64,000 nucleotides of DNA from Parcubacteria group bacterium (GCA_016186395.1 JACPLU010000001.1:5036-69035); one strand, 5' to 3'. Counted from the first letter of the stretch, positions 29,006 through 37,852 are shown. Program-made: numbers and translations. The notes: generated from the letters alone by a model not told the origin.

Positions 29006-29599
29006 GTGGATACACAAATTTCTGAACAAACTCAAAATAATACAGGGGCCGAAGAGAAGGCCATTTTAGAAATACCTAAAGAACCAGTTTTAGAAGAAAT
29101 ACGTTCCGAGAAGGAAGTAATTGCTAGAATAGAGGGAAGAAATAGAAGAAGAGATGACGAATTTGATCAAAAAGTTTTGGACGTGGCAAGGGTTACCAGG
29201 GTAACTAAGGGAGGAAAACGTTTTACTTTTAGGGCAACGGTTGTTTTGGGTGATCATAAAAACAGAGTAGGTGTTGGAACGGGAAGAGGGGCAGATGTTG
29301 CTCAAGCTATTGAGAAAGCTTCACGTTTAGCTAAGAAAAATGCAATTACTGTTTTGTTAAAAAAGGGAACAATTTCACATTTGGTTGAAGCAAAGTACGC
29401 AAGCGCCAGGGTGCTTTTAAAACCAGCTATGCCTGGTTCTGGAGTAAAGGCTGGGGGTCCAGTAAGAATAATTTCGAAATTGGCCGGCATTCAGGATATT
29501 ACAAGTAAACTTATTTCAAGAACTAACAATAAGATAAATATTGCTCAGGCGGTTATTCAAGCATTAAAGCAATTAAAGAATCTAGAAATTAGAAAATAG
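29006..29599 (+). CDS. rpsE: 30S ribosomal protein uS5 (GTG start, N-terminal extension)
   Basis: VARVTRVTKGGKRFTFRATVVLGD, then the C-terminal domain. Confidence 0.95.
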   Translation: MDTQISEQTQNNTGAEEKAILEIPKEPVLEEIRSEKEVIARIEGRNRRRDDEFDQKVLDVARVTRVTKGGKRFTFRATVVLGDHKNRVGVGTGRGADVAQAIEKASRLAKKNAITVLLKKGTISHLVEAKYASARVLLKPAMPGSGVKAGGPVRIISKLAGIQDITSKLISRTNNKINIAQAVIQALKQLKNLEIRK

Positions 29600-29650
29600 A
29601 ATTTAGAATGTCGATTCTATATTTTTATTTTCTATTTCCAATTTTTAAAA

Positions 29651-30100
29651 ATGCGACTGCACGAAATTAGCTCAACAACTGGAAGAAAGAAAAAAAGAAT
29701 TGGGAGAGGAGGTAAAAGAGGTTCATATTCCGGCCACGGTGTTAAGGGTCAAAAAGCTAGAGCTGGTGCCGGAGTCAAACCTGGTTTTAGGGGTGGTGAT
29801 ACACCTATTTGGAAATTGTTCCCAAAGAAAAGAGGAGCTTCACGAAAACTTGAAATTAAAAAGCGTGGGTTTAGATTACATCAATTAAAACCTGTTGTGA
29901 TAAATCTTGATACTTTAGAGCGTTATTTTAAAGATGGGGACGCTGTTTCTCCTCAAACACTTCAAGAAAAGGGGTTAATTAAAAATACGAAACACAAGAT
30001 TAAAATCCTTGGTAGAGGCGGGCTGACAAAAAATTTAGAATTTAAAGATGTTATGTTTTCAGCTTCTGTATCAAAAATAATAAGTTTAAATAAGAAATAG
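29651..30100 (+). CDS. rplO: 50S ribosomal protein uL15 (no L30 gene lies between rpsE and rplO)
   Basis: GRKKKRIGRGGKRGSYSGHGVKGQKAR. Confidence 0.95.
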   Translation: MRLHEISSTTGRKKKRIGRGGKRGSYSGHGVKGQKARAGAGVKPGFRGGDTPIWKLFPKKRGASRKLEIKKRGFRLHQLKPVVINLDTLERYFKDGDAVSPQTLQEKGLIKNTKHKIKILGRGGLTKNLEFKDVMFSASVSKIISLNKK

Positions 30101-30317
30101 AAGTGGGCTTGGTGAATAATACTCTTGAACGGGTTTTGAGCCCGTAGTCCCGATGCTATCGAGGATCCTCGATTCTGCGGAGCAGAAATCGGGACGGGCA
30201 TGGTTTTCTCTGTCTGGATTTACAGTCCAGATAGAGAAAGAGCGAAGGGCTCAACCCCTGAGCAAACCACGCTGGGGTTTGCGAAGAAAGAGAAAGAGTA
30301 TTATTCACCAAGCTCAC
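30098..30317. mobile_element. MITE-like element, copy 2 (inverted relative to copy 1; central cassette variant 2), inserted between rplO and secY
   Basis: cttggtgaataatactctt...aagagtattattcaccaag. The arms are the reverse complement of copy 1's arms. The central 45 bp differ and form an 11-bp hairpin (ctctatctgga/tccagacagag). Confidence 0.85.
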
Positions 30318-30367
30318 GAGTTGCTGCTTGACCATCAATAATTATAGTTTAGTTAAATTAATATTAT

Positions 30368-31630
30368 ATGGATAAAATTTTAAAACTTTTTAAAATACCC
30401 GACCTTAGAAAAAGAGTGTTTTTTATAGTCGCTTTACTAATAGTATTTAGGGTGGCTGCCGCTGTGCCTGTTCCAGGTATAGATACTTCGCGTTTGGCTC
30501 AATTTTTTGAACAAAACCAACTTTTTGGATTGATAAGTTTGTTTACAGGGGGTGGTTTAGAGAATCTTTCTATTGTCATGTTGGGGGTTGGTCCTTATAT
30601 TACTGCCTCAATTATTATGCAGCTTTTAACTATGATCTTCCCGTCTTTGGAGCAAATGTATAAGTATGAAGGAGAAGCTGGTAGAGCCAAGTTTAATCAA
30701 TATTCAAGGCTTCTAACTGTACCGTTGGCAATTTTACAAGGTTTTGGCTTTTTAACTTTACTTTCTAGACAGCAAGGATTGGTTGGCTCTCTTTCTTTGA
30801 TTCAGTGGGTTACTGCCTTATTAGTGGTTACGGCTGGGACTATGTTTGTAATGTGGCTAGGGGAGTTGATTACTGAAAAGAATCTTGGAAATGGAGTTTC
30901 CCTAATTATTTTTGGCGGGATTATATCCCGGGGACCGCAAACCATTCGTCAATTAGCCGTAGGTTATGACCCTAGTCAACTGTTTACTTATATTGGTTAT
31001 TTTGTTTTGGCGATCATTATTATAGCCGGTGTGATTTACATATCTGAAGCTCAACGCAACATACCCATTACTTATGCAAAAAGAGTCCGGGGTTTTAAAG
31101 TCTATGGCGGAGTTTCAACTTATCTTCCTATGAGGGTTAACAATGCAGGTGTTATTCCTATTATTTTTGCTCTTTCACTATTATTATTTCCTGGTATGGT
31201 AGCTAATTTTTTCGCCGGTTCTAATATAGCTTTCATTTCTAAGATTTCACAGTTTTTCACGACCTTTTTGAATAATCAGTTTGCTTATGGAAGTATGTAT
31301 TTTCTTTTAGTTGTTTTATTTACATACTTTTATACCGCTGTGACATTTAGTCCAAAGTCAATTTCGGAAAATATTCAACGTCAAGGTGGCTATATACCTG
31401 GAATTAGACCTGGTCCGGCTACGGCAGATTTCTTAACTCATTTATTAAATCGGGTAACTTTAGTCGGTGCTTTATTCCTCGGGCTAATAGCAGTTTTGCC
31501 GTCTATAGTTCAGGGTGCAACTGGTATTACTGCCTTTGCTCTCGGCGGAACCTCTTTATTAATTGTCGTTTCCGTTGCTCTAGAGGTTATGAAGCAAGTT
31601 CAAGCCCAGCTTGCGATGTATGAATATTAA
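30368..31630 (+). CDS. secY: Preprotein translocase subunit SecY
   Basis: 10-TM protein in its conserved position after rplO. Confidence 0.95.
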   Translation: MDKILKLFKIPDLRKRVFFIVALLIVFRVAAAVPVPGIDTSRLAQFFEQNQLFGLISLFTGGGLENLSIVMLGVGPYITASIIMQLLTMIFPSLEQMYKYEGEAGRAKFNQYSRLLTVPLAILQGFGFLTLLSRQQGLVGSLSLIQWVTALLVVTAGTMFVMWLGELITEKNLGNGVSLIIFGGIISRGPQTIRQLAVGYDPSQLFTYIGYFVLAIIIIAGVIYISEAQRNIPITYAKRVRGFKVYGGVSTYLPMRVNNAGVIPIIFALSLLLFPGMVANFFAGSNIAFISKISQFFTTFLNNQFAYGSMYFLLVVLFTYFYTAVTFSPKSISENIQRQGGYIPGIRPGPATADFLTHLLNRVTLVGALFLGLIAVLPSIVQGATGITAFALGGTSLLIVVSVALEVMKQVQAQLAMYEY

Positions 31631-31707
31631 CTTTCTTTGAATTTTTTGGTTGAAATATTTTTCTAAATTTGATATTTTAAGATCGGTTCATTAAAATAAA
31701 AGGAGAG

Positions 31708-32382
31708 ATGACGGTTCATTCTAAAAAAACAATTTTAATTTTCGGTATGCCTGGTTCGGGTAAAGATACCCAAGCCGATCTTTTGCAAAAAAATACCGGT
31801 TTAGTTAGAGTAAGAACTTCTAAATTATTAGAAGATAAATTTAATAATACTGATCCCAGCGACACCTTTTTAATGGAACAAAAAAAGATTTGGCACGAAG
31901 GCAAACTTAACGATCCAGAATGGGTTACTTCTATCGTTATAGAAAAAATTAAAGAATTAAGTGGGAAAAATAAAGGAACCATACTTAGCGCTTCTCCAAG
32001 AACCTTATATGAGGCCAAAGTAGAAATGCCGTTGTTTGAAGAATTATATGGCAGAGACAATATCAAAATTTTCTTGCTTAAATTAAGTGACGAAGAAGCG
32101 GTAAAAAGAAATACAAAACGGCTGGTGTGTGAAGCTAACGAACATCCTATAGATCCAAAATTGGTGGAAGAAGGAATAAAAATTTGTCCAATAGACGGCA
32201 GCCTAGTTGTTACTAGGACATTAGATAATGAAGAAACTATGAAAATGCGTTTAAGCGAGTTTTATAATCGAACTTCTCCAATCTTTGATTTTTTAAGGGA
32301 AAACAGCTTTCAAATAATTGAAATTAATGGTGAACAGCCAATAGAAAAAGTTCATGAGGACATAATGGAATATTTGGCATGA
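31708..32382 (+). CDS. adk: Adenylate kinase (long, zinc-lid type)
   Basis: P-loop GMPGSGKDTQA, lid with Cys pairs (CEANEH...CPIDGS), and the secY-adk-map order. Confidence 0.8.
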   Translation: MTVHSKKTILIFGMPGSGKDTQADLLQKNTGLVRVRTSKLLEDKFNNTDPSDTFLMEQKKIWHEGKLNDPEWVTSIVIEKIKELSGKNKGTILSASPRTLYEAKVEMPLFEELYGRDNIKIFLLKLSDEEAVKRNTKRLVCEANEHPIDPKLVEEGIKICPIDGSLVVTRTLDNEETMKMRLSEFYNRTSPIFDFLRENSFQIIEINGEQPIEKVHEDIMEYLA

Positions 32383-33146
32383 TTAATCTTAAAGGCGAAA
32401 AAAATATAAAAGTGATGCTTGAAGGCGGCAAAATTTTAGGACAAATGCTTCAAGAGTTAGGTAACTTTGTTAAGCCCGGCATTACAACAAACGATGTAGA
32501 CAAGCTTGCAAAAGAGCTTGTTTTTAGCTTTGCAAAAAAATATCCTAAGGCAAAAATTCAACCTGCTTTTTTAGGTTACAATGGGTTCCCCGCCCATATT
32601 TGTATTTCAGTGAATGACGAAGTGGTTCATGGTATTCCTTCTGAAAAAGTTTTAAATGAGGGAGATGTTGTTGGCCTTGATTTTGGAATTACTTATTACG
32701 GCTGGAATCTTGATTCTGCCATAACTGTTGGTGTTGGGAAAATAAGTAGACAAGCCCAGAAATTATTAGAGGCAACAAAGAAAGCTTTAGAAATAGGAAT
32801 TGACATGGCTAGGGCTGGAAATAAGTTGGGTGATCTGGGCTTTAGCATTCAAAAATTTTTAGAGTCAAATGATTTTGCCGTAGTTAGGGATTTGGTTGGG
32901 CATGGAATAGGAGAGAAGCTACACGAAGATCCATATGTGCCAAATTACGGTGAACCAGGAGAGGGCGAAGTGTTAAAAGAGGGAATGGTAATTGCGATTG
33001 AGCCAATGGCAACTTTAGGTGATTGGCACGTGGCTTTAGACAAAGACGGTTGGACCTGGAGAACTAAAGATAAAAGTATTGCGGCTCACTTTGAGCATAC
33101 GGTGGCGATAACTAAAGATGGACCACTGGTATTGACAAGTCATTGA
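32379..33146 (+). CDS. map: Methionine aminopeptidase type I
   Basis: pita-bread metal ligands (D...D...H...E...E): VGLDFGI, VGHGIG, AIEPM. Confidence 0.95.
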   Translation: MINLKGEKNIKVMLEGGKILGQMLQELGNFVKPGITTNDVDKLAKELVFSFAKKYPKAKIQPAFLGYNGFPAHICISVNDEVVHGIPSEKVLNEGDVVGLDFGITYYGWNLDSAITVGVGKISRQAQKLLEATKKALEIGIDMARAGNKLGDLGFSIQKFLESNDFAVVRDLVGHGIGEKLHEDPYVPNYGEPGEGEVLKEGMVIAIEPMATLGDWHVALDKDGWTWRTKDKSIAAHFEHTVAITKDGPLVLTSH

Positions 33147-33204
33147 AGGCCTTTTTTTTATTCTGGTTTTTGATATTATTAAATTAATAATCTTGGGATT
33201 CAAA

Positions 33205-33268
33205 ATGCATAACAAGTTTCAGATTTTATGATCCATGTTTCACGTTTTGCGTTCCATGTTTCAAGAAT
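33205..33268. repeat. Family B repeat overlapping the start of the GT2 gene
   Basis: atgatccatgtttcacgttttgcgttccatgtttcaag encodes the first 12 codons (MIHVSRFAFHVS). Confidence 0.7.
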
Positions 33269-33986
33269 TAAACTTTCAGTCATTGTTCCTGCCTTTAATG
33301 AATCAGAAAGAATAATCCCGACTTTAGATTCTCTAAATAATTATTTGTCTAAACAGTCTTATGATTGGGAAGTTTTGGTAGTAAACGATGGTTCGACTGA
33401 CAATACTGCTGAAGTGGTTAGGAGTTTCATGTTTCATGTTTCAGGTTTCAGGTTGTTGGATAACAAAGAAAATCATGGCAAGGGTTGGGTAGTAAGGCAG
33501 GGAATGCTAGCGGCAGAAGGAGATTTTAGATTATTTATGGATGCTGATAACGCAACCAGAATTGAAACTGTTGAAAAATTCTGGCCCCTTTTTAATCAAG
33601 GTTATGATGTAGTAATTGCTTCAATTGGTATTAAGGGAGCGGACGTAGCTGGTACAGAGAAATTTTATCGGCGTATCTTTGGAAAACTGGGTAATCTTTG
33701 GATTCAATTTTGGGTTACACCCGGGATATTGGATACACAAAGAGGATTTAAAATGTTTTCAAAAGTGGCAGCCGGTAAAATTTTTCCAAAGCTTAAAATT
33801 CTAAAGTGGGGATTTGATGTAGAGGTTTTGGCTTTGGCAAGAAAATTTACTTTTAAGATAAAAGAGGTTCCAATAAAATGGGTTAATGATCCGAAGAGTC
33901 ACGTTAAGTTAACTGCTTATATTCAAGTTTTACTTGAGGTTTTGAAAATAAGATGGAATCTATGGACAAACAAATATAATGTCTAA
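33228..33986 (+). CDS. Family 2 glycosyltransferase (polyprenyl-phosphate sugar synthase-like); contains a second in-frame family B unit at 33424-33456
   Basis: LSVIVPAFNESERI...VLVVNDGSTDNT, DxD-like MDADN. The internal gtttcatgtttcatgtttcaggtttcagg encodes SFMFHVSGF. Confidence 0.8.
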   Translation: MIHVSRFAFHVSRIKLSVIVPAFNESERIIPTLDSLNNYLSKQSYDWEVLVVNDGSTDNTAEVVRSFMFHVSGFRLLDNKENHGKGWVVRQGMLAAEGDFRLFMDADNATRIETVEKFWPLFNQGYDVVIASIGIKGADVAGTEKFYRRIFGKLGNLWIQFWVTPGILDTQRGFKMFSKVAAGKIFPKLKILKWGFDVEVLALARKFTFKIKEVPIKWVNDPKSHVKLTAYIQVLLEVLKIRWNLWTNKYNV

Positions 33987-34060
33987 TGACTAAAGACCAA
34001 AGACTAAAGCTTTTTCAATCAAGCTCTAGACTCTAGATTTTTGACTTTAGTCTTTAGATC
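33982..34060. repeat. Family A hairpin repeat (supplies the GT2 stop codon and the 5' end of the galT ORF)
   Basis: taatgactaaagaccaaagactaaag...ctctagactctagatttttgactttagtctttagatc. Confidence 0.8.
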
Positions 34061-35051
34061 AGCTTTCTTGCTTAGTGAATTTAGACAAGATTTAGTTTCC
34101 GGTGAATGGGTTTTAATTTCAACCGGCCGTACTCATACCGTAAAAAAGTTTGAGGATTCTTATCAATCAAAAGATGAGTGTCCTTTTGAGGACTGGAATA
34201 TATTAAAACAAGATCTTGTAACTATTATTCCAGGTGAAATTAATTGGCGAGTGGCAGTTATAAAAAATAAATATCCTGCGGTGATGCCGGGTGAGAATGT
34301 TCCGGAAGAAAAAATCGGCCCGTTTAATATTAAAAAAGCCGTAGGAGAACACGAGGTCATCGTTTTTAGAGACCACGATATTAGATTTTACGACTTTAAT
34401 TTGGATCAGATAGCAGAGGCTATTAATATATACAAACAGCGTTATGCCGCGTTGGCTCAAAAGGATTCAAAAAAGTATATCATGATTTTTCATAATCATG
34501 GTCGTGAGGCCGGAGCCAGTATTTATCATCCCCATTCTCAAATTATTACTACTCCCATACTTCCACCCGATGTGGCCCATAGTATAAACGGTTCTTTTCA
34601 ATACTATAAAAAACACGGAAAAAGGGTATATGATGTATTATTGGATTGGGAGTTAAAAGAGAAAAAAAGAATTATTTACGAAAATGACCATTTTGTTGTT
34701 TTTTGTCCTTTTATTTCAAAGTATCCTTATGAAATAAGGGTTTTTTCAAAAGAAAGTCATGCCCATTTTGATAAGATGCCAGATGAATTAAATCAACCTT
34801 TGGCGGATGCCTTGAAATTTGCCATAGATAAACTAGGGGCAGTTTTAAATAAGCCGCCATTTAATTTTTTTATTCACACCGCACCATTGGAAAGTGAGTT
34901 TAATGATTTAATGCATGAATATTATCAATGGCATTTTGAGATAATTCCTCATATGAAAATAGATGCAGGATTTGAAATAGGTACGGGTATAGAAGTAAAT
35001 ATTATTGATCCGGATGAAGCGGCAGAAAAACTTAGAAACGTAAGACTTTAA
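34041..35051 (+). CDS. galT: Galactose-1-phosphate uridylyltransferase-like (HIT superfamily). The start is uncertain: TTG at 34041 or 34068
   Basis: SGEWVLIS, FHNHGREAGASIYHPHSQI (HxHxQ active site). Confidence 0.8.
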   Translation: MTLVFRSAFLLSEFRQDLVSGEWVLISTGRTHTVKKFEDSYQSKDECPFEDWNILKQDLVTIIPGEINWRVAVIKNKYPAVMPGENVPEEKIGPFNIKKAVGEHEVIVFRDHDIRFYDFNLDQIAEAINIYKQRYAALAQKDSKKYIMIFHNHGREAGASIYHPHSQIITTPILPPDVAHSINGSFQYYKKHGKRVYDVLLDWELKEKKRIIYENDHFVVFCPFISKYPYEIRVFSKESHAHFDKMPDELNQPLADALKFAIDKLGAVLNKPPFNFFIHTAPLESEFNDLMHEYYQWHFEIIPHMKIDAGFEIGTGIEVNIIDPDEAAEKLRNVRL

Positions 35052-35059
35052 TTTATAAA

Positions 35060-35117
35060 CTTGGCGAATAATACTCTTTCTCTTTCTTCGCAAAACCTGT
35101 TCAAGAGTATTATTCCG
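35060..35117. mobile_element. Deletion-derivative (mini) copy of the MITE, with both termini fused
   Basis: cttggcgaataatactctttctctttcttcgcaaaacc joined to tgttcaagagtattattcc. Confidence 0.7.
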
Positions 35118-35131
35118 CCATGCTTTAATTT

Positions 35132-35752
35132 ATGATTGGCCTTATTTCTTTAGTCAGTAGTTTTGCCCTTGGTTTTATTGAAAAAACCGGATATACCGGT
35201 GTTTTTGTCTTGTCATTGCTAGAAAGTGCCGCTATACCGGTCCCGTCAGAAATAGTAGTTCCGTTTTCCGGGTTTTTAGTTTCGCTGGGTAGATTTAATT
35301 TTTGGGTAATTGTAATTTTAACAAGCCTAGCTAATCTGTCCGGTTCAATAATTCTATTTTTTATAGGGAAAAGCGGTGGTCGGTGGATTTTAGAACATTA
35401 TGGTAAGTATATTTTTGTGCATCGTGACGATCTTGAGAAAAGCGATAAATGGTTTAAAAAGTATGGGTCAAAAGCAGTATTTTTTGGAAGGTTGTTGCCG
35501 GTAGTTAGAACTTTTATATCTTTGCCAGCTGGAATAGCAGAAATGAATTTTTATAAATTCAGTCTTTTTACCTTTTTAGGTGCCTTGCCTTGGAATTTTG
35601 TTTTAGCCTTGATAGGATTAAAAGCAGGAGAAAACTGGAATATCTTACATGAGTATTTTAGAAAATTAGATATTTTTATTTTATTAACCATTTTGGGTTT
35701 GATAGTTTTTTATTTATTTAAACATTTAAAAAAACAAAAAAGATATGTCTAA
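35132..35752 (+). CDS. DedA family membrane protein
   Basis: DedA signature region VFFGRLLPVVRTFISLPAGIAEMNFYKF and the TM topology. Confidence 0.8.
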   Translation: MIGLISLVSSFALGFIEKTGYTGVFVLSLLESAAIPVPSEIVVPFSGFLVSLGRFNFWVIVILTSLANLSGSIILFFIGKSGGRWILEHYGKYIFVHRDDLEKSDKWFKKYGSKAVFFGRLLPVVRTFISLPAGIAEMNFYKFSLFTFLGALPWNFVLALIGLKAGENWNILHEYFRKLDIFILLTILGLIVFYLFKHLKKQKRYV

Positions 35753-35933
35753 AAAACTGATCGTTGCAAACTGTCCCGAAAAACTTCGCGAGAGAAAATC
35801 GAGCGACTAGTTTTTTCGAGATTCCGTTTTGTTTGCCATAATCAGATATAATATTTGGCGAAGTTAACGGGATCATGAGATTGTACTTGCTCGCCTCATT
35901 GGCTCGCAAACAATTTCGGGAGAAAATTAACCT

Positions 35934-36728
35934 ATGCAAAAAAGACTAATAGTTGCTAACTGGAAGATGAATCCGCAAACTTCAACCGAGGCTAAGGAAC
36001 TTTTGGTTTCGGTTTTAAGCGATGCGTCGGATTTTAAAAATATAGAATTAGTCATTTGTCCCCCATTTGTTTATTTCTCGTCTATTTCGGCGATGATTTA
36101 TGATTTAAGTTCCAAGTTTCAAGTTTCCCTCGGTGCCCAGAATATGCATTGGGAACAAAAAGGCGCATTTACCGGAGAGATATCGGCTCAAATGCTAAAA
36201 GAGTTCGGAGTTGAATACGTAGTAGAAGGACACAGCGAGCGAAGATGGATTATGGGAGAAACTGACGAAATGATAAATAAAAAAATAAAAACTGCATTAA
36301 AATCCGGATTAATACCAATATTGGCAGTTGGTGAGAAAGAACGTAATAATTTTGATTCCTCGGGGAGGCATATTAATACTGCCGATGATGTGGTTATAGA
36401 TCAACTCACCAGAGCTTTAGATGGCGTACCTGTTTCAAAAATAAAAGATGTGGTAATTGCTTATGAACCAGTTTGGGCCATAGGTACTGGTTTAGCTGAT
36501 AATCCTGACGATGCCTTATCTGTATCGCTTCTTATAAGAAAAGTTATTTCAAAAATGACCGATGATAAAACAGCCAGGGCAATAAAAATTTTATACGGCG
36601 GAAGCGTTAACTCAAAAAATATTGCTGAATTTTTAAAACAAGACGGTATAGACGGTGCTTTGGTCGGTGGTGCAAGTATTGATAAAGATGAGTTTACTAG
36701 AATTTTAGAAATTGTTTCTTCTTTATAA
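35934..36728 (+). CDS. tpiA: Triosephosphate isomerase
   Basis: IVANWKMN, EGHSERR, AYEPVWAIGTG, GGAS. Confidence 0.95.
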   Translation: MQKRLIVANWKMNPQTSTEAKELLVSVLSDASDFKNIELVICPPFVYFSSISAMIYDLSSKFQVSLGAQNMHWEQKGAFTGEISAQMLKEFGVEYVVEGHSERRWIMGETDEMINKKIKTALKSGLIPILAVGEKERNNFDSSGRHINTADDVVIDQLTRALDGVPVSKIKDVVIAYEPVWAIGTGLADNPDDALSVSLLIRKVISKMTDDKTARAIKILYGGSVNSKNIAEFLKQDGIDGALVGGASIDKDEFTRILEIVSSL

Positions 36729-36731
36729 AAA

Positions 36732-37766
36732 ATGAAGTTAATATCAGAGATTGAAGATCTAAATAAGAAAAAAGTTCTTTTAAGGGTTGATTTTAATGTT
36801 CCTGTTGAAAATGGCAGATTAATGGAAATCTATAGACTAGAGGCCCATCGGCTAACTATTGAGTATTTGGTTAAGAATGGAAGTATTATTGTTTTATTAG
36901 CTCATTTGGGAGATGACGAATCTGAAAGTTTTCTGAATTTAGTCGGACAGTTTTCGGATTTTTATAAAAAAGATATAGAATTTATTCCAGAAACAGGAGA
37001 CATCGAAAATAAAATAAAAGATGCTTTACCAGGCAGTATTTTTTTATTGGACAATATTCGCAAATGGCCTCTTAAAAATGTACTCGACACTCCGTCTGAT
37101 GGTAAGATTTTAATTCTTGGAGGAGCTAAAATCTCAACTAAGGCCCCGGTAATTAAAGGTTTTATTGAACATTCTGACGCTATCTTAATTGGTGGGGCGG
37201 TTGCAAATCAATTTTTCAAGTTTAAGGGAGTAAATGTCGGTTCTTCAAGAGTCGAAAAGATTGCTTTAGAGGACCTCGGATTTGATATTGGTCATCCCCG
37301 TATTTTATTGCCACAAGATATGGTGATTTCTTCAGACATGACCGGTGTTGGTTCAAAGGAAGTAGTACCAGTTCAAAATATTGCCGATGATCAAAAAATC
37401 TTGGACATCGGGCCGGAAACAATTAAAAGATTTTCTAAGTTAATCAATGATTCTAAACTTATCGTATGGAACGGCCCTATGGGTTTAGCAGAGGTGGGTG
37501 CTTTTTCTGAAGGAACAAAACAGATTGTTTCTGCAATTTTTTCATCTTCCTCTCGTAAGGTAGTGGGTGGCGGTGATACAATAGCCTTTTTAGAAAAAGA
37601 AAGTCTGCTTGATAAATTTAGTGGTTTCGACAAGTCCTTCGATTCTGAAGTCCCCAGGACTGAAGGGCTCACCACAAGTTTTGTTTCTACCGGCGGCGGA
37701 GCGATGTTGGAGTTTTTGGCTGGAAATCAGTTGCCAGGTTTGGTTGCTTTGGGGTATTATCAATAG
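36732..37766 (+). CDS. pgk: Phosphoglycerate kinase (short form)
   Basis: VLLRVDFNVP...LLAHLG, GGGA...G in the C-terminal domain. Confidence 0.8.
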   Translation: MKLISEIEDLNKKKVLLRVDFNVPVENGRLMEIYRLEAHRLTIEYLVKNGSIIVLLAHLGDDESESFLNLVGQFSDFYKKDIEFIPETGDIENKIKDALPGSIFLLDNIRKWPLKNVLDTPSDGKILILGGAKISTKAPVIKGFIEHSDAILIGGAVANQFFKFKGVNVGSSRVEKIALEDLGFDIGHPRILLPQDMVISSDMTGVGSKEVVPVQNIADDQKILDIGPETIKRFSKLINDSKLIVWNGPMGLAEVGAFSEGTKQIVSAIFSSSSRKVVGGGDTIAFLEKESLLDKFSGFDKSFDSEVPRTEGLTTSFVSTGGGAMLEFLAGNQLPGLVALGYYQ

Positions 37767-37770
37767 TCAA

Positions 37771-37825
37771 ATGTCTAATGTCCAAGGCTCAAAGCATTAG
37801 TCTTTGGTCTTTAGACTTTAGTCAA
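37771..37825. repeat. Family A hairpin repeat
   Basis: atgtctaatgtccaaggctcaaagcattagtctttggtctttagactttagtc. The track ORF start at 37778 lies inside it. Confidence 0.75.
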
Positions 37826-37852
37826 AAACCATGGTTTACACTATTCATTTTC

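Noticed and set aside
29962-30341. Track ORFs 29962-30201(-), 30153-30341(+) and 30156-30338(-)
   Set aside because: They lie entirely within or over the MITE copy 2 and the 3' end of rplO. There is no RBS or conservation; they are reading-frame artefacts of the palindromic element.
35753-35933. Track ORF 35718-35939(-) and possible repeats in the DedA-tpiA spacer
   Set aside because: The ORF is antisense and lacks a motif. The spacer shows only weak partial repeats (ttcgcgagagaaaatcgag / atttcgggagaaaa), not assignable to families A-D.
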